Source: Spirochaetia bacterium
GTDB lineage: Bacteria; Spirochaetota; Spirochaetia; CAKZLE01
Length of the DNA stretch: 64,000 bases
Direction of reading: 5' to 3'
NCBI GenBank assembly: GCA_963677595.1
Contig: OY782041.1
Span: 416,001-480,000 of the forward strand
Both the position numbers and the translations under genes were made by a program. Position 1 is the stretch's first letter. Each line of letters opens with the position of its first letter. The notes beneath the pieces were generated by a model. It saw nothing but the letters and a program-made list of their open reading frames with translations. It did no database searches and was not told the origin of the DNA. Shown here piece by piece: positions 9,335 to 19,296 of this stretch.

Positions 9335-10411
9335 TTACTCGATAGAACCGATGACGCCGTCAACGAGGAAGCTCATGCCGAGCTTGTCGCCGTCGCTCAT
9401 GACTTCGCCGTCTGCCAGTACGAGGTTGCCCTGGTTGTCATACAGCGGGCCTGCGAAGACCTCGAAGGAACCGTCGATGATCTTTGCCTGTACCTCATCC
9501 ACGATCGCCTGTGCCCCTGCAGGAGCGTTCTTGCCGAGCGGTGCGAGCCGAACGACATCGTCTTCCATGCCGCCCCAGTAGTTGCTTGCGTCCCAGGTGC
9601 CGTTCATGACTTCCTGAGTCACTGCCACATAATAGGGATCCCAGTTCCAGTAGGGAGAGGTGAGGCATGCTTCAGGTGCAGCTGCGTTCATGTCCGCATG
9701 GTAGCCGACACCCCATACACCCCTGGCCTCTGCTGCCTGGAGGTTCGCAGGAGCAGTCTGGTGCTGGGCGATGACGTCACAGCCCTTGTCGATGAGTGCG
9801 AAGGTTGCTTCCTTCTCGTTCGGCGGGTTGTCCCAGTCAAGGGTCCAGGTCACTTCGACCGTCACGTCTGGGTTCACGCTCTTTGCACCAAGGGTGAAGG
9901 CGTTGATTCCCCGGACGACTTCCGGGATACTGAAGGCTGCGATATACCCGAGCTTGTTGGTCTCGGTCTTGAGTCCTGCCACGATACCGGAGAGGTAACG
10001 AGCCTGGTAGATCTTTCCGAGGTAGTTGACCGCATTCTCTGTCTGCATGTATCCGCCGCAGTGGAAGAAAGCGACTTCCGGATGCTCTGCAGCGACTTCA
10101 AGCATATAGTCCATGTAGCCGAAGCTGGTAGCGAAGATCATCTTGGCACCCTGGGCGATCATGTCCCTCATGACTTTCGCACTCTCCTGGGTGTTGGGGA
10201 CGTTCTCTTTGTAGAGGGTCTCCACGCCGAGCTCCTTCTCAATAGCCAGCCTTCCTGCATTGTGCTGCTGGGTCCAGCCCATGTCACCGATAGGTCCGGT
10301 GAAGACGAAACCGACCTTGAACACCTCTTCTTTCTTCTCTTCCTGAGCCCCGCCCGCGAACAGCGGAGACAGCACCAGCAGGATCGCTAAGAGACATAGC
10401 ACTTTCTTCAT
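9335..10411 (-). CDS. BMP-family ABC substrate-binding protein (purine/nucleoside-type)
   Basis: Signal peptide, then GPIGDMGW..HN.G, TSFGY, YQARYLSG and PEVVRGINAF. Confidence 0.92.
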   Translation of the reverse strand: MKKVLCLLAILLVLSPLFAGGAQEEKKEEVFKVGFVFTGPIGDMGWTQQHNAGRLAIEKELGVETLYKENVPNTQESAKVMRDMIAQGAKMIFATSFGYMDYMLEVAAEHPEVAFFHCGGYMQTENAVNYLGKIYQARYLSGIVAGLKTETNKLGYIAAFSIPEVVRGINAFTLGAKSVNPDVTVEVTWTLDWDNPPNEKEATFALIDKGCDVIAQHQTAPANLQAAEARGVWGVGYHADMNAAAPEACLTSPYWNWDPYYVAVTQEVMNGTWDASNYWGGMEDDVVRLAPLGKNAPAGAQAIVDEVQAKIIDGSFEVFAGPLYDNQGNLVLADGEVMSDGDKLGMSFLVDGVIGSIE

Positions 10412-10590
10412 ACCCTAAACTCCTTACGTGTAGCCAAAATATTCTCATCCGCCATACAGGCGGCCTTGAGTCTATCCAAAAGACATCCACATACACCGCT
10501 GAATCCACGGCTATGGACATACCTGCTACCACACAGGTCTGATACTGAGACGGATTCTGTTCGTTAACATTGATCCACACTAGATGTGCG

Positions 10591-10645
10591 ACAAGGAACT
10601 GGCTGTTTTAGACTTGCAAAGCCTGCAAGGTTTCGTGGTTACTGT
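10591..10645 (-). promoter_or_regulatory. Putative cis-regulatory RNA motif, copy 2 (BMP leader)
   Basis: CGAAAC-[CUUGCA GGCUU UGCAAG]-UCUAAAACAGCCAG. Confidence 0.5.
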
Positions 10646-10963
10646 GTATACATAAAGTGCTCATGTATCAGTTGACCATAATAGATTCTGAACCATATCG
10701 TACCATCTGCTCAATAATTATGCAATCTTTTTCATTATATTACATTTTGTTGTCTGATTTTACGATTCAGTACCTACAGGATGTCATGGTGTTCCCACCA
10801 ATCATGTCTTATCTTAAATAAATGCAATTTTCATGCCATCAATTATATAGAGCATATTATCAACAAAACGGGGAGATTTTGCAACAATTTTTAGATGATA
10901 ACGAACAATATTCTCATGATGTTGCAGAACAAAACCTATCCTGCAACATCACGCATCACGTAA

Positions 10964-10992
10964 ATGTAGGATTCCGTCACAGAATCCTACAT
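10964..10992 (-). terminator. Hairpin just downstream of mscS (probable terminator)
   Basis: Inverted repeat ATGTAGGATT..AATCCTACAT directly after the stop. A second IR (GATGTTGCAG/CTGCAACATC) lies at about 10918-10950. Confidence 0.45.
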
Positions 10993-10997
10993 GGATG

Positions 10998-11819
10998 TCA
11001 GGATTCTTCAACCCGGTGCAGATAGACGTCCTGCTGCGGATAGGGGATCGTGATATCCTCGGCATCGAACCGGAGTTTTATCTCCTTCACCAGGTCGAAC
11101 CTGACAGGCCAGTAGTCTGCTACCGCTACCCAGGGTCGTACAGCGAAGTTCACGCTGCTGTCCCCGAGTTCGAGCACCGCGACCTTGTAGGCGGGTTCCG
11201 TGAGAACTCGTGCTTCCGCATCGAGGATCTCCACCAGCAGCTTCTCGACCACCCTGATATCGTCATCGTAGCTCACTCCGATGACCAGGTCGATCCGCCT
11301 CTGGTCCTTGGCGCTGTAGTTGGTGATGGTCCCGCCCATGACCTGGGTGTTAGGAACAGTCACCATCTTGTTGTCAGGGGTGGTCAGGGTCGTGGTGAAC
11401 ATCCCGATGGCGGCGACGGTGCCGGCAGTCCCCCCGCCCTCTATGTAGTCGCCGATCTTGAAGGGATGCAGCAAGATGATCAGGACGCCTGATGCGAAGT
11501 TAGCGAGCGATCCCTGGAGTGCCAGGCCGATCGCAAGGCCTGCAGCACCGATGACTGCGACCAGGCTGGTTGTCTGGACCCCGAGCTGGCCGAGGGCTGC
11601 GATGACGACGAAGGCGAGCAGCAGGATGTGGAGCAGGCTGCCCAGGAATGAGGTCAGCGTTGCATCGAATTTACGTCTCGTGAAGAAGGCCTTCATCCCC
11701 TTCACGATCAGCTTGACGGCAATCAAGCCGATGATGAGGATCAGGATGGCGAATACCACGTTCAACCCGTAGGTGAGTATGAGTTCCTGTACCGTTCCCA
11801 GGATATTTGTCCAGTCCAT
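10998..11819 (-). CDS. mscS: Small-conductance mechanosensitive channel
   Basis: GAAGLAIGLALQGSLANFASG, PFKIGD and PYPQQDV. Confidence 0.95.
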   Translation of the reverse strand: MDWTNILGTVQELILTYGLNVVFAILILIIGLIAVKLIVKGMKAFFTRRKFDATLTSFLGSLLHILLLAFVVIAALGQLGVQTTSLVAVIGAAGLAIGLALQGSLANFASGVLIILLHPFKIGDYIEGGGTAGTVAAIGMFTTTLTTPDNKMVTVPNTQVMGGTITNYSAKDQRRIDLVIGVSYDDDIRVVEKLLVEILDAEARVLTEPAYKVAVLELGDSSVNFAVRPWVAVADYWPVRFDLVKEIKLRFDAEDITIPYPQQDVYLHRVEES

Positions 11820-11921
11820 AATGCACTCCTCCAGAAATGTGTATTTTCCCTATCATACCATATTTGCAGATCTCGAAAAACTGCTTTGTACATTCTATGA
11901 AAATATGGTAATTTAGTTCTC

Positions 11922-14096
11922 ATGGATCAGAAAGTCATAAACCATATTAACAGCAAGACAAGCATACCAGCGCAGCAGGTGATCCCTGTCCTGCGTCTGC
12001 TCGATGAGGGATGTACGGTCCCATTCATCGCCCGATACCGGAAAGAGGCGACAGGGGGTCTGGATGAGGTCCAGATCATCGCTGTCCGTGACACCCGTGA
12101 GATCTGGAACGAGCTGCAGAAGCGGAAGGAGGCTGTACTCTCCAACCTCAAGGAGCGGGAACTCCTCACCGGGGAGCTCGAGCAGGCCATCGCTGATGCA
12201 GAGACTCTTACCCGTGTCGAGGATATATACCTCCCCTTCAAGCAGAAGAAGAAGACGAAGGGAATGGTCGCCAAGGAGGCCGGTCTCCAGCCGCTGGCTG
12301 ACTGGCTCTATGCCAGGGGCACGCGGCGCGAGGATGTTCCCAAGGAGAAGGTCCACGAGAAGGCTAAGGAGTTCATCAACCCGGAGAAGATGATCTTCGC
12401 CCCGATCGAGGCCCTGAACGGGGCCAAGCATATCCTGGCGGAGCGGTTCAACGAGGATGCAGAGATCAGGCAGGAGATGCGGGACTTCTTCCATTACAAC
12501 GGGGTCATGTCCTCCCGCCCGGTACCGGGGAAGCATGACGACCGGGATGCCCAGAAGTTCAAGGACTACTTCCAGTGGGAAGAGACTGCCTCCAAGGCTC
12601 CCTCCCACCGGATACTGGCAATCCTCCGGGGTACCGATGAGGGATTCCTCATCTCACACTTCAGGCCGGATGAGGATGAGGCGGTCATACGGCTGACCAG
12701 GCGTATCCTGGGACGGATCGACCTGGAACGGAACCAGGCGGCTTCATGGCTCGAGGCTGCCATCATCGACGGCTACAAGCGCCTGATCGCCCCCTCCCTC
12801 GAGAACGGGCTTCGCAAGGAGTGCAAGGACCGGGCTGATGAGGATGCGATCAAGGTCTTCACCGATAACGCACGGGAATTGCTGTTAGCCTCACCCCTTG
12901 GGTCGAAACGGATCCTCGCAGTGGACCCGGGCCTGCGAACCGGCTGCAAAGTAGTAGCGCTTGATGAGAAGGGAGACCTCCTCCACCATGATGCGATCTA
13001 CCCCCTGGTCCCCCATAGGAAGGAGCGTGAGGCTGCTGTCCTGATCAAGAACTGGATCAGGCTCTACCATATAGAAGCGATCGCCGTAGGCAACGGTACC
13101 GGCGGCCGGGAGGCCGAACGGTTCCTCAAAACCACGATAAAAGATTTGGATCTAGACATCCCCGTGATCATGGTAAACGAGAGCGGCGCATCGATCTATT
13201 CTGCCTCCAGGGTCGCACGGGAAGAGTTCCCTGACAAGGATGTCACCGTCCGTGGTGCGGTATCGATCGGCAGGCGACTCATGGACCCGCTCGCAGAGCT
13301 GGTCAAGATCGACCCGAAGTCGATCGGGGTCGGCCAGTACCAGCATGACGTGAACCAGTCGATGCTTGCCCAGTCGCTTTCCGACGTCGTCCAGTCCTGT
13401 GTGAACTCGGTCGGTGTCCAGATCAATACGGCCAGTGCCCAGCTGCTCAAGTATGTATCGGGGATCACCCCGAGGACTGCCGAGGCGATCACCAGGTACC
13501 GTGAGATCCACGGGCCCTTCCGAGACCGTTCACAGGTCATGATGGTCACCGGTATCGGAGCAAAAAGTTTTGAACAGTCAGCGGGTTTCTTGCGGATCAG
13601 GAATGCAGAGAACCCGCTGGACAGCAGCGCTGTCCACCCGGAGGCTTACCCCATCGTGGAGCAGATGGCAACAGACCTGCAGTGTTCTATCAAGGATCTG
13701 GTTTCCATGCCGGAATTACGGAAGAAGATTAAAATACGGGATTATGTTACAGATACCGTAGGTATTCCAACCCTTGAAGACATCATGGGAGAGCTGGAGA
13801 AGCCCGGTCGTGATCCCAGGGAGGATTTCACCTATGCCTCCTTCTCTGACGACGTCCATGAGATCACGGACCTCATGCCGGGGATGGAACTGCCGGGAGT
13901 AGTCACCAACGTGACGGCATTCGGGGCATTCGTTGACATCGGGGTACACCAGGACGGCCTGGTCCATATCAGTAAGCTGGCCAACCGTTTCGTGCGGGAC
14001 CCGAACGAGATCGTGACAGTAAACCAGCAGGTAACGGTAACCGTCGTAGATGTTGACCTGGACAGGAGAAGGATATCGTTGAGCATGTGTGATTAG
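11922..14096 (+). CDS. tex: Tex-family transcription accessory RNA-binding protein
   Basis: TVPFIARYRKE, DPGLRTGCK, ESGASIYSAS, DPKSIGVGQYQHDV and a C-terminal S1 domain. Confidence 0.96.
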   Translation: MDQKVINHINSKTSIPAQQVIPVLRLLDEGCTVPFIARYRKEATGGLDEVQIIAVRDTREIWNELQKRKEAVLSNLKERELLTGELEQAIADAETLTRVEDIYLPFKQKKKTKGMVAKEAGLQPLADWLYARGTRREDVPKEKVHEKAKEFINPEKMIFAPIEALNGAKHILAERFNEDAEIRQEMRDFFHYNGVMSSRPVPGKHDDRDAQKFKDYFQWEETASKAPSHRILAILRGTDEGFLISHFRPDEDEAVIRLTRRILGRIDLERNQAASWLEAAIIDGYKRLIAPSLENGLRKECKDRADEDAIKVFTDNARELLLASPLGSKRILAVDPGLRTGCKVVALDEKGDLLHHDAIYPLVPHRKEREAAVLIKNWIRLYHIEAIAVGNGTGGREAERFLKTTIKDLDLDIPVIMVNESGASIYSASRVAREEFPDKDVTVRGAVSIGRRLMDPLAELVKIDPKSIGVGQYQHDVNQSMLAQSLSDVVQSCVNSVGVQINTASAQLLKYVSGITPRTAEAITRYREIHGPFRDRSQVMMVTGIGAKSFEQSAGFLRIRNAENPLDSSAVHPEAYPIVEQMATDLQCSIKDLVSMPELRKKIKIRDYVTDTVGIPTLEDIMGELEKPGRDPREDFTYASFSDDVHEITDLMPGMELPGVVTNVTAFGAFVDIGVHQDGLVHISKLANRFVRDPNEIVTVNQQVTVTVVDVDLDRRRISLSMCD

Positions 14097-14121
14097 TCAA
14101 CGGGATTTCTCCATACCCCTA

Positions 14122-14150
14122 TTGACGTTGCAGTAGGTTCTATATATACT
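14122..14150 (+). promoter_or_regulatory. Sigma70 promoter for the tRNA pair
   Basis: TTGACG-17 nt-TATACT. Confidence 0.75.
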
Positions 14151-14164
14151 CTGATTTCGTCTGA

Positions 14165-14237
14165 CGGGGTGTTGCCTAGTGGCTAAGGCGCCTGCTTTGG
14201 GAGCAGGAGATCGGAGGTTCGAGTCCTCTCACCCCGA
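14165..14237 (+). tRNA. tRNA-Pro(TGG)
   Basis: Acceptor stem CGGGGTG/CACCCCG, anticodon arm CCTGC-TTTGGGA-GCAGG, T-loop GTTCGAG. CCA not encoded. Confidence 0.95.
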
Positions 14238-14246
14238 TTAACATAT

Positions 14247-14320
14247 GCGCTCATAGCTCAGCTGGATAGAGCAACGGCCTTCTAAGCCGTAGGTCGCAGG
14301 TTCGAACCCTGCTGGGCGTA
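14247..14320 (+). tRNA. tRNA-Arg(TCT)
   Basis: D-arm TAGCTCAGCTGGATAGAGC, anticodon arm ACGGC-CTTCTAA-GCCGT, T-loop GTTCGAA. Confidence 0.95.
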
Positions 14321-14688
14321 AACTATCCCTCCTTCAAACAGACAAATTCACTCACAATCTACGACTCATGATTTTGTCACATATTGCGAATCCCAGCGGA
14401 CGCATATGGGTATGTAATACACCCCTACAACCAAATAACATGTATGAGGAGTGCTGGTCGGATGACGTGATCATGCGTGCATGACTATCCCCGTAAGTTG
14501 GGTGATAGATTCAGACGTAATGAGTATGTATTTTGCAGGAGGCGAACCCAACTTATGTTAGTAGAATATTTTTTCCGAATGTCTTCCGAATTCTTTCCTA
14601 AATCATATCAGATCCAAATTGAGCGTCTCTGAACAGCTTGCATATCTCAATCCGATATATTAGTTTGCCTACTGAAATCTCCCAATTG

Positions 14689-14823
14689 TTGACTCCTCTA
14701 TCTGTATAAGCTACTATGGATTACGGAGATTGGATTTAGTTCAATGAAAGGGAAGAGGCAGGAGGAGGCTCCTGCCGAGTACCACTCCACAAGCAAAACG
14801 CATCCATTTCGGGTGCGTTTTCT
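14689..14823 (+). ncRNA. Putative ~100-nt small RNA with its own promoter and terminator
   Basis: TTGACT-17-TACTAT (14689-14717), hairpin GGCAGGAG/CTCCTGCC, and terminator AAAACGCATCC/GGGTGCGTTTT. Confidence 0.45.
14794..14823. terminator. Bidirectional intrinsic terminator at the CRISPR trailer end
   Basis: GC-rich stem flanked by A4 and T4-5 tracts. Confidence 0.65.
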
Positions 14824-14887
14824 CATATCTAAACCGACGCACGAGAGTCGCCTCAGAACGCTCCGACCACCGAATAGGGTCATTAAC

Positions 14888-16563
14888 CGATTCATCCCCG
14901 CAGGTGCGGGGAACGGGACTCAATCTCGCCCCTTGCTGACTCAATATACGGTTCATCCCCGCAGGTGCGGGGAACAGTTTCACATATTCAAGATTTTTAT
15001 ATGCATGATCGGTTCATCCCCGCAGGTGCGGGGAACAGATCAGGTATGTCCAGGAGCAGACGAACTACCGCGGTTCATCCCCGCAGGTGCGGGGAACAGG
15101 TTCTGGACGAGCAGGTCGGTGAGCGCAAGAGCGGTTCATCCCCGCAGGTGCGGGGAACAGACCATCTTCATAAGTTCCGTCAATCTCAAGAACGGTTCAT
15201 CCCCGCAGGTGCGGGGAACAGGTGCAGCGCTACAGTTAGCTATTTGACTACAACGGTTCATCCCCGCAGGTGCGGGGAACAGTCCGCATCACGCTTGATG
15301 TCGATCCCCAAAATCGGTTCATCCCCGCAGGTGCGGGGAACATTCGTAAATGTGTCCAGGATCGGTCTCAAACTACGGTTCATCCCCGCAGGTGCGGGGA
15401 ACAGTCCGCATCACGCTTGATGTCGATCCCCAAAATCGGTTCATCCCCGCAGGTGCGGGGAACATTCGTAAATGTGTCCAGGATCGGTCTCAAACTACGG
15501 TTCATCCCCGCAGGTGCGGGGAACAGTACCCGGCTTTCTCCATACCTTCCATACAGTCCGGTTCATCCCCGCAGGTGCGGGGAACAGACAGCTACTATGC
15601 AGATATTGCCTTCGCATCTCGGTTCATCCCCGCAGGTGCGGGGAACAGGTCTTTGTATGATCCGAGTTCACGAATGGCAGCGGTTCATCCCCGCAGGTGC
15701 GGGGAACAGAAGGTGTACTCCCGTTTCGGCTGCAGTATTATCGGTTCATCCCCGCAGGTGCGGGGAACAGAGCTCTTTGCCATACTGCAGCGTATGGGCG
15801 ATCGGTTCATCCCCGCAGGTGCGGGGAACAGGATCTCACACTGATCTGTGAGAGAGTTGTACCCGGTTCATCCCCGCAGGTGCGGGGAACAGGCGGCGGC
15901 AGGAAAGATGGAAAACTTTGCAGACGGTTCATCCCCGCAGGTGCGGGGAACAGGCGGTCACTGAGGAAAAGGACAAGTATACATCCGGTTCATCCCCGCA
16001 GGTGCGGGGAACAGTGCACCCATTCAGGGGCCTGCGTGAACAGGTTCGGTTCATCCCCGCAGGTGCGGGGAACAGGAAAACTCATCCTCAATACCGCAGT
16101 ACTTGGACGGTTCATCCCCGCAGGTGCGGGGAACAGAATCTCTCAGTTCACGAACTCATGCAAGGTTGCGGTTCATCCCCGCAGGTGCGGGGAACAGGTA
16201 TTCTACGGAGTACCTAAGGTTCAGGAGAGCGGTTCATCCCCGCAGGTGCGGGGAACAGTTGATTGGCTCGTCGATGACTGCGGTAAGTTCCGGTTCATCC
16301 CCGCAGGTGCGGGGAACAGGTAAAGATCATCTTTGCTCTTGTATGGGTAATCGGTTCATCCCCGCAGGTGCGGGGAACAGTACGAGCGTACGTACTCGTA
16401 CTACAATCTCGGCGGTTCATCCCCGCAGGTGCGGGGAACAGCTTTGTCCCCGCGAGTGCGTTCTGTTCATATTCGGTTCATCCCCGCAGGTGCGGGGAAC
16501 AGACCTCAGCCGAAGAATCTGATCATCGTTCTGGCGGTTCATCCCCGCAGGTGCGGGGAACAG
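14888..16563 (-). CRISPR. Type I-E CRISPR array: 28 repeats (29 bp) and 27 spacers (32 bp)
   Basis: Plus-strand repeat CGGTTCATCCCCGCAGGTGCGGGGAACAG at a strict 61-bp period, resembling the E. coli I-E repeat. The degenerate repeat at 14888 marks the trailer, so transcription is on the minus strand. Confidence 0.99.
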
Positions 16564-16703
16564 ACTTACGAGTAAATTATACTCATATAATGAGATAAAT
16601 CAACTTAAATTTTCTACCATGATTTTTCTATCGGTTACTATCATATGCACGCTTTAAATAGCTATGTCAAAAACGGGGCGTGTCTTACTCAAACAGGTTG
16701 AAT
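16564..16703 (-). promoter_or_regulatory. CRISPR leader
   Basis: AT-rich segment between cas2 and the first repeat, containing TGGTAGA as in I-E leaders. Confidence 0.75.
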
Positions 16704-17907
<1,204 letters not shown>

Positions 17908-17917
17908 GTTTGCTTTC

Positions 17918-18580
17918 CTAAGATATCCCTGCTAGTGACAGGAGACCGAACCCAAACCCTTTAGCACGCCCAAACCCATTCACGAGGCCTTCAATCGCAA
18001 GTTCAGGGTTGTTGATACGTATGATCCCATCAAATAGGACCCCACCGATTTCTAACCTGCTCTTCTGACTGGTGCCCAGTTTCCGTATCACGGTAACAGG
18101 TTCTCTGATACATTCCAGAGTCTGAAGTGTGATCTGTAACGCCCCGAATTTTCGCTTCATCCAATCATGACATTCATTCTCATCCTTCAAGGCCACTCTT
18201 GTTCCCCTCCTCCCATATTGACCTGAAGGGATACTCTTTGTCGGATTGGCTCGCAACCGAAATCGATAAGACTTATATCTCTCCAGATTGATTGTTAATC
18301 TCTTAGTTTCAATCGTTCCGCATGAAGAAAGTAGAGAATCAGTATTAATTCTAGCATCATATCCATGCTGGATTAGAAGCGTGGGGACAACCCGTTGATA
18401 ACTATCCAAAGCAACTTCCATACGATAAAGAACTCTATTCTCAGTTCTTGTATCACCTACTAGTCTGTATACGGCTTGATGCACTAGATATGGGTCAGAA
18501 GCCAACTTGATTGTCATAGGATATGCCGGAAGCAGCTGTACCCTTGTTAGACCTATTTGACATGTATATGTATTCAGCAT
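17918..18580 (-). CDS. cas6e: Cas6e (CasE/Cse3)
   Basis: DPY.VHQ, FRLRANPTK and the C-terminal GFGRAKGFGFGLLSL G-loop. Confidence 0.93.
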   Translation of the reverse strand: MLNTYTCQIGLTRVQLLPAYPMTIKLASDPYLVHQAVYRLVGDTRTENRVLYRMEVALDSYQRVVPTLLIQHGYDARINTDSLLSSCGTIETKRLTINLERYKSYRFRLRANPTKSIPSGQYGRRGTRVALKDENECHDWMKRKFGALQITLQTLECIREPVTVIRKLGTSQKSRLEIGGVLFDGIIRINNPELAIEGLVNGFGRAKGFGFGLLSLAGIS

Positions 18581-18595
18581 TATTACCTCTCCACA

Positions 18596-19294
18596 TCATC
18601 CGATGATTTTAACATTCCGATAAATGGTTTTCACATAACGAGTTTTGTATGTCCTCTTATAAATATCAAAAGATCCGGGGATATCTAATCTCGTCTCTCC
18701 TCGCTTCTCTTTATCCGGAACTATAAACCTGACAGATTTACTATCAGATTCATCTAAATCACAATCAAGATCAAGTGTAAGCCTCATCCCAAAGTCACGT
18801 GATATCGGGATCTCTTTCTCTAAGATCTCCTCAGGAGATTTGTTGGTCAGAAACAGGCTTTGCATCTCTGGGTACAAAATCGGACAGGAAGGGACATATG
18901 ATTTTCTCCCAAAGAAGGGTGGATAAACGGGACAGGACAGTGCATCAAATATTCTACGAAGAAGCGTTTCTTCTCCCTCTAAAGCTACATGGAATTCCGC
19001 ATCAGATAAGAAATCCCTATGGATCAACTGATCCTGCTTAGTTCCACTAGCTGTAAGAACCCCTTGAGCAGTCTGAAACTCCTGCTGAAGGATTCCTTCC
19101 CGATCAACACGTACTGTCATCTCCAAGGAGCAGAGAAATGATATATCCTCTGAACGTTCTATTCCCATTGCAGCTGCTATGAGACCAACAATACCAGAGA
19201 AAGTCGGTTCCCGTTCCGTATCACGATACTCAAAACGACTTCGGCTGCCCCATGACTGCATGGGGGCAGCAATGTGTAATAGAATGAATGACAT
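18596..19294 (-). CDS. cas5e: Cas5e (CasD)
   Basis: APMQSWG..R.T..EPT.SGIVGLIAAAMG and GRKS..P..P. Confidence 0.93.
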   Translation of the reverse strand: MSFILLHIAAPMQSWGSRSRFEYRDTEREPTFSGIVGLIAAAMGIERSEDISFLCSLEMTVRVDREGILQQEFQTAQGVLTASGTKQDQLIHRDFLSDAEFHVALEGEETLLRRIFDALSCPVYPPFFGRKSYVPSCPILYPEMQSLFLTNKSPEEILEKEIPISRDFGMRLTLDLDCDLDESDSKSVRFIVPDKEKRGETRLDIPGSFDIYKRTYKTRYVKTIYRNVKIIG

Positions 19295-19296
19295 AA

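Noticed and set aside
10591-10645. Leader motif as a c-di-GMP-I or purine riboswitch, or a sigma54 promoter
   Set aside because: Only fragmentary resemblance (GUCUAA..CAGCCAGUU). The required stems are missing, and GG/GC spacing and strand do not fit sigma54.
14492-14557. Retron msr/msd-like inverted repeats
   Set aside because: No reverse transcriptase is present in the window.
14888-16563. Self-targeting spacers
   Set aside because: No long spacer match to this window was noticed by eye, only short coincidental ones. The check was not exhaustive and the rest of the genome is untested.
14741-16598. ORFs with repeating RFIPAGAGN / GSSPQVRGT / VHPRRCGEQ
   Set aside because: These are translations of the CRISPR repeat, not proteins.
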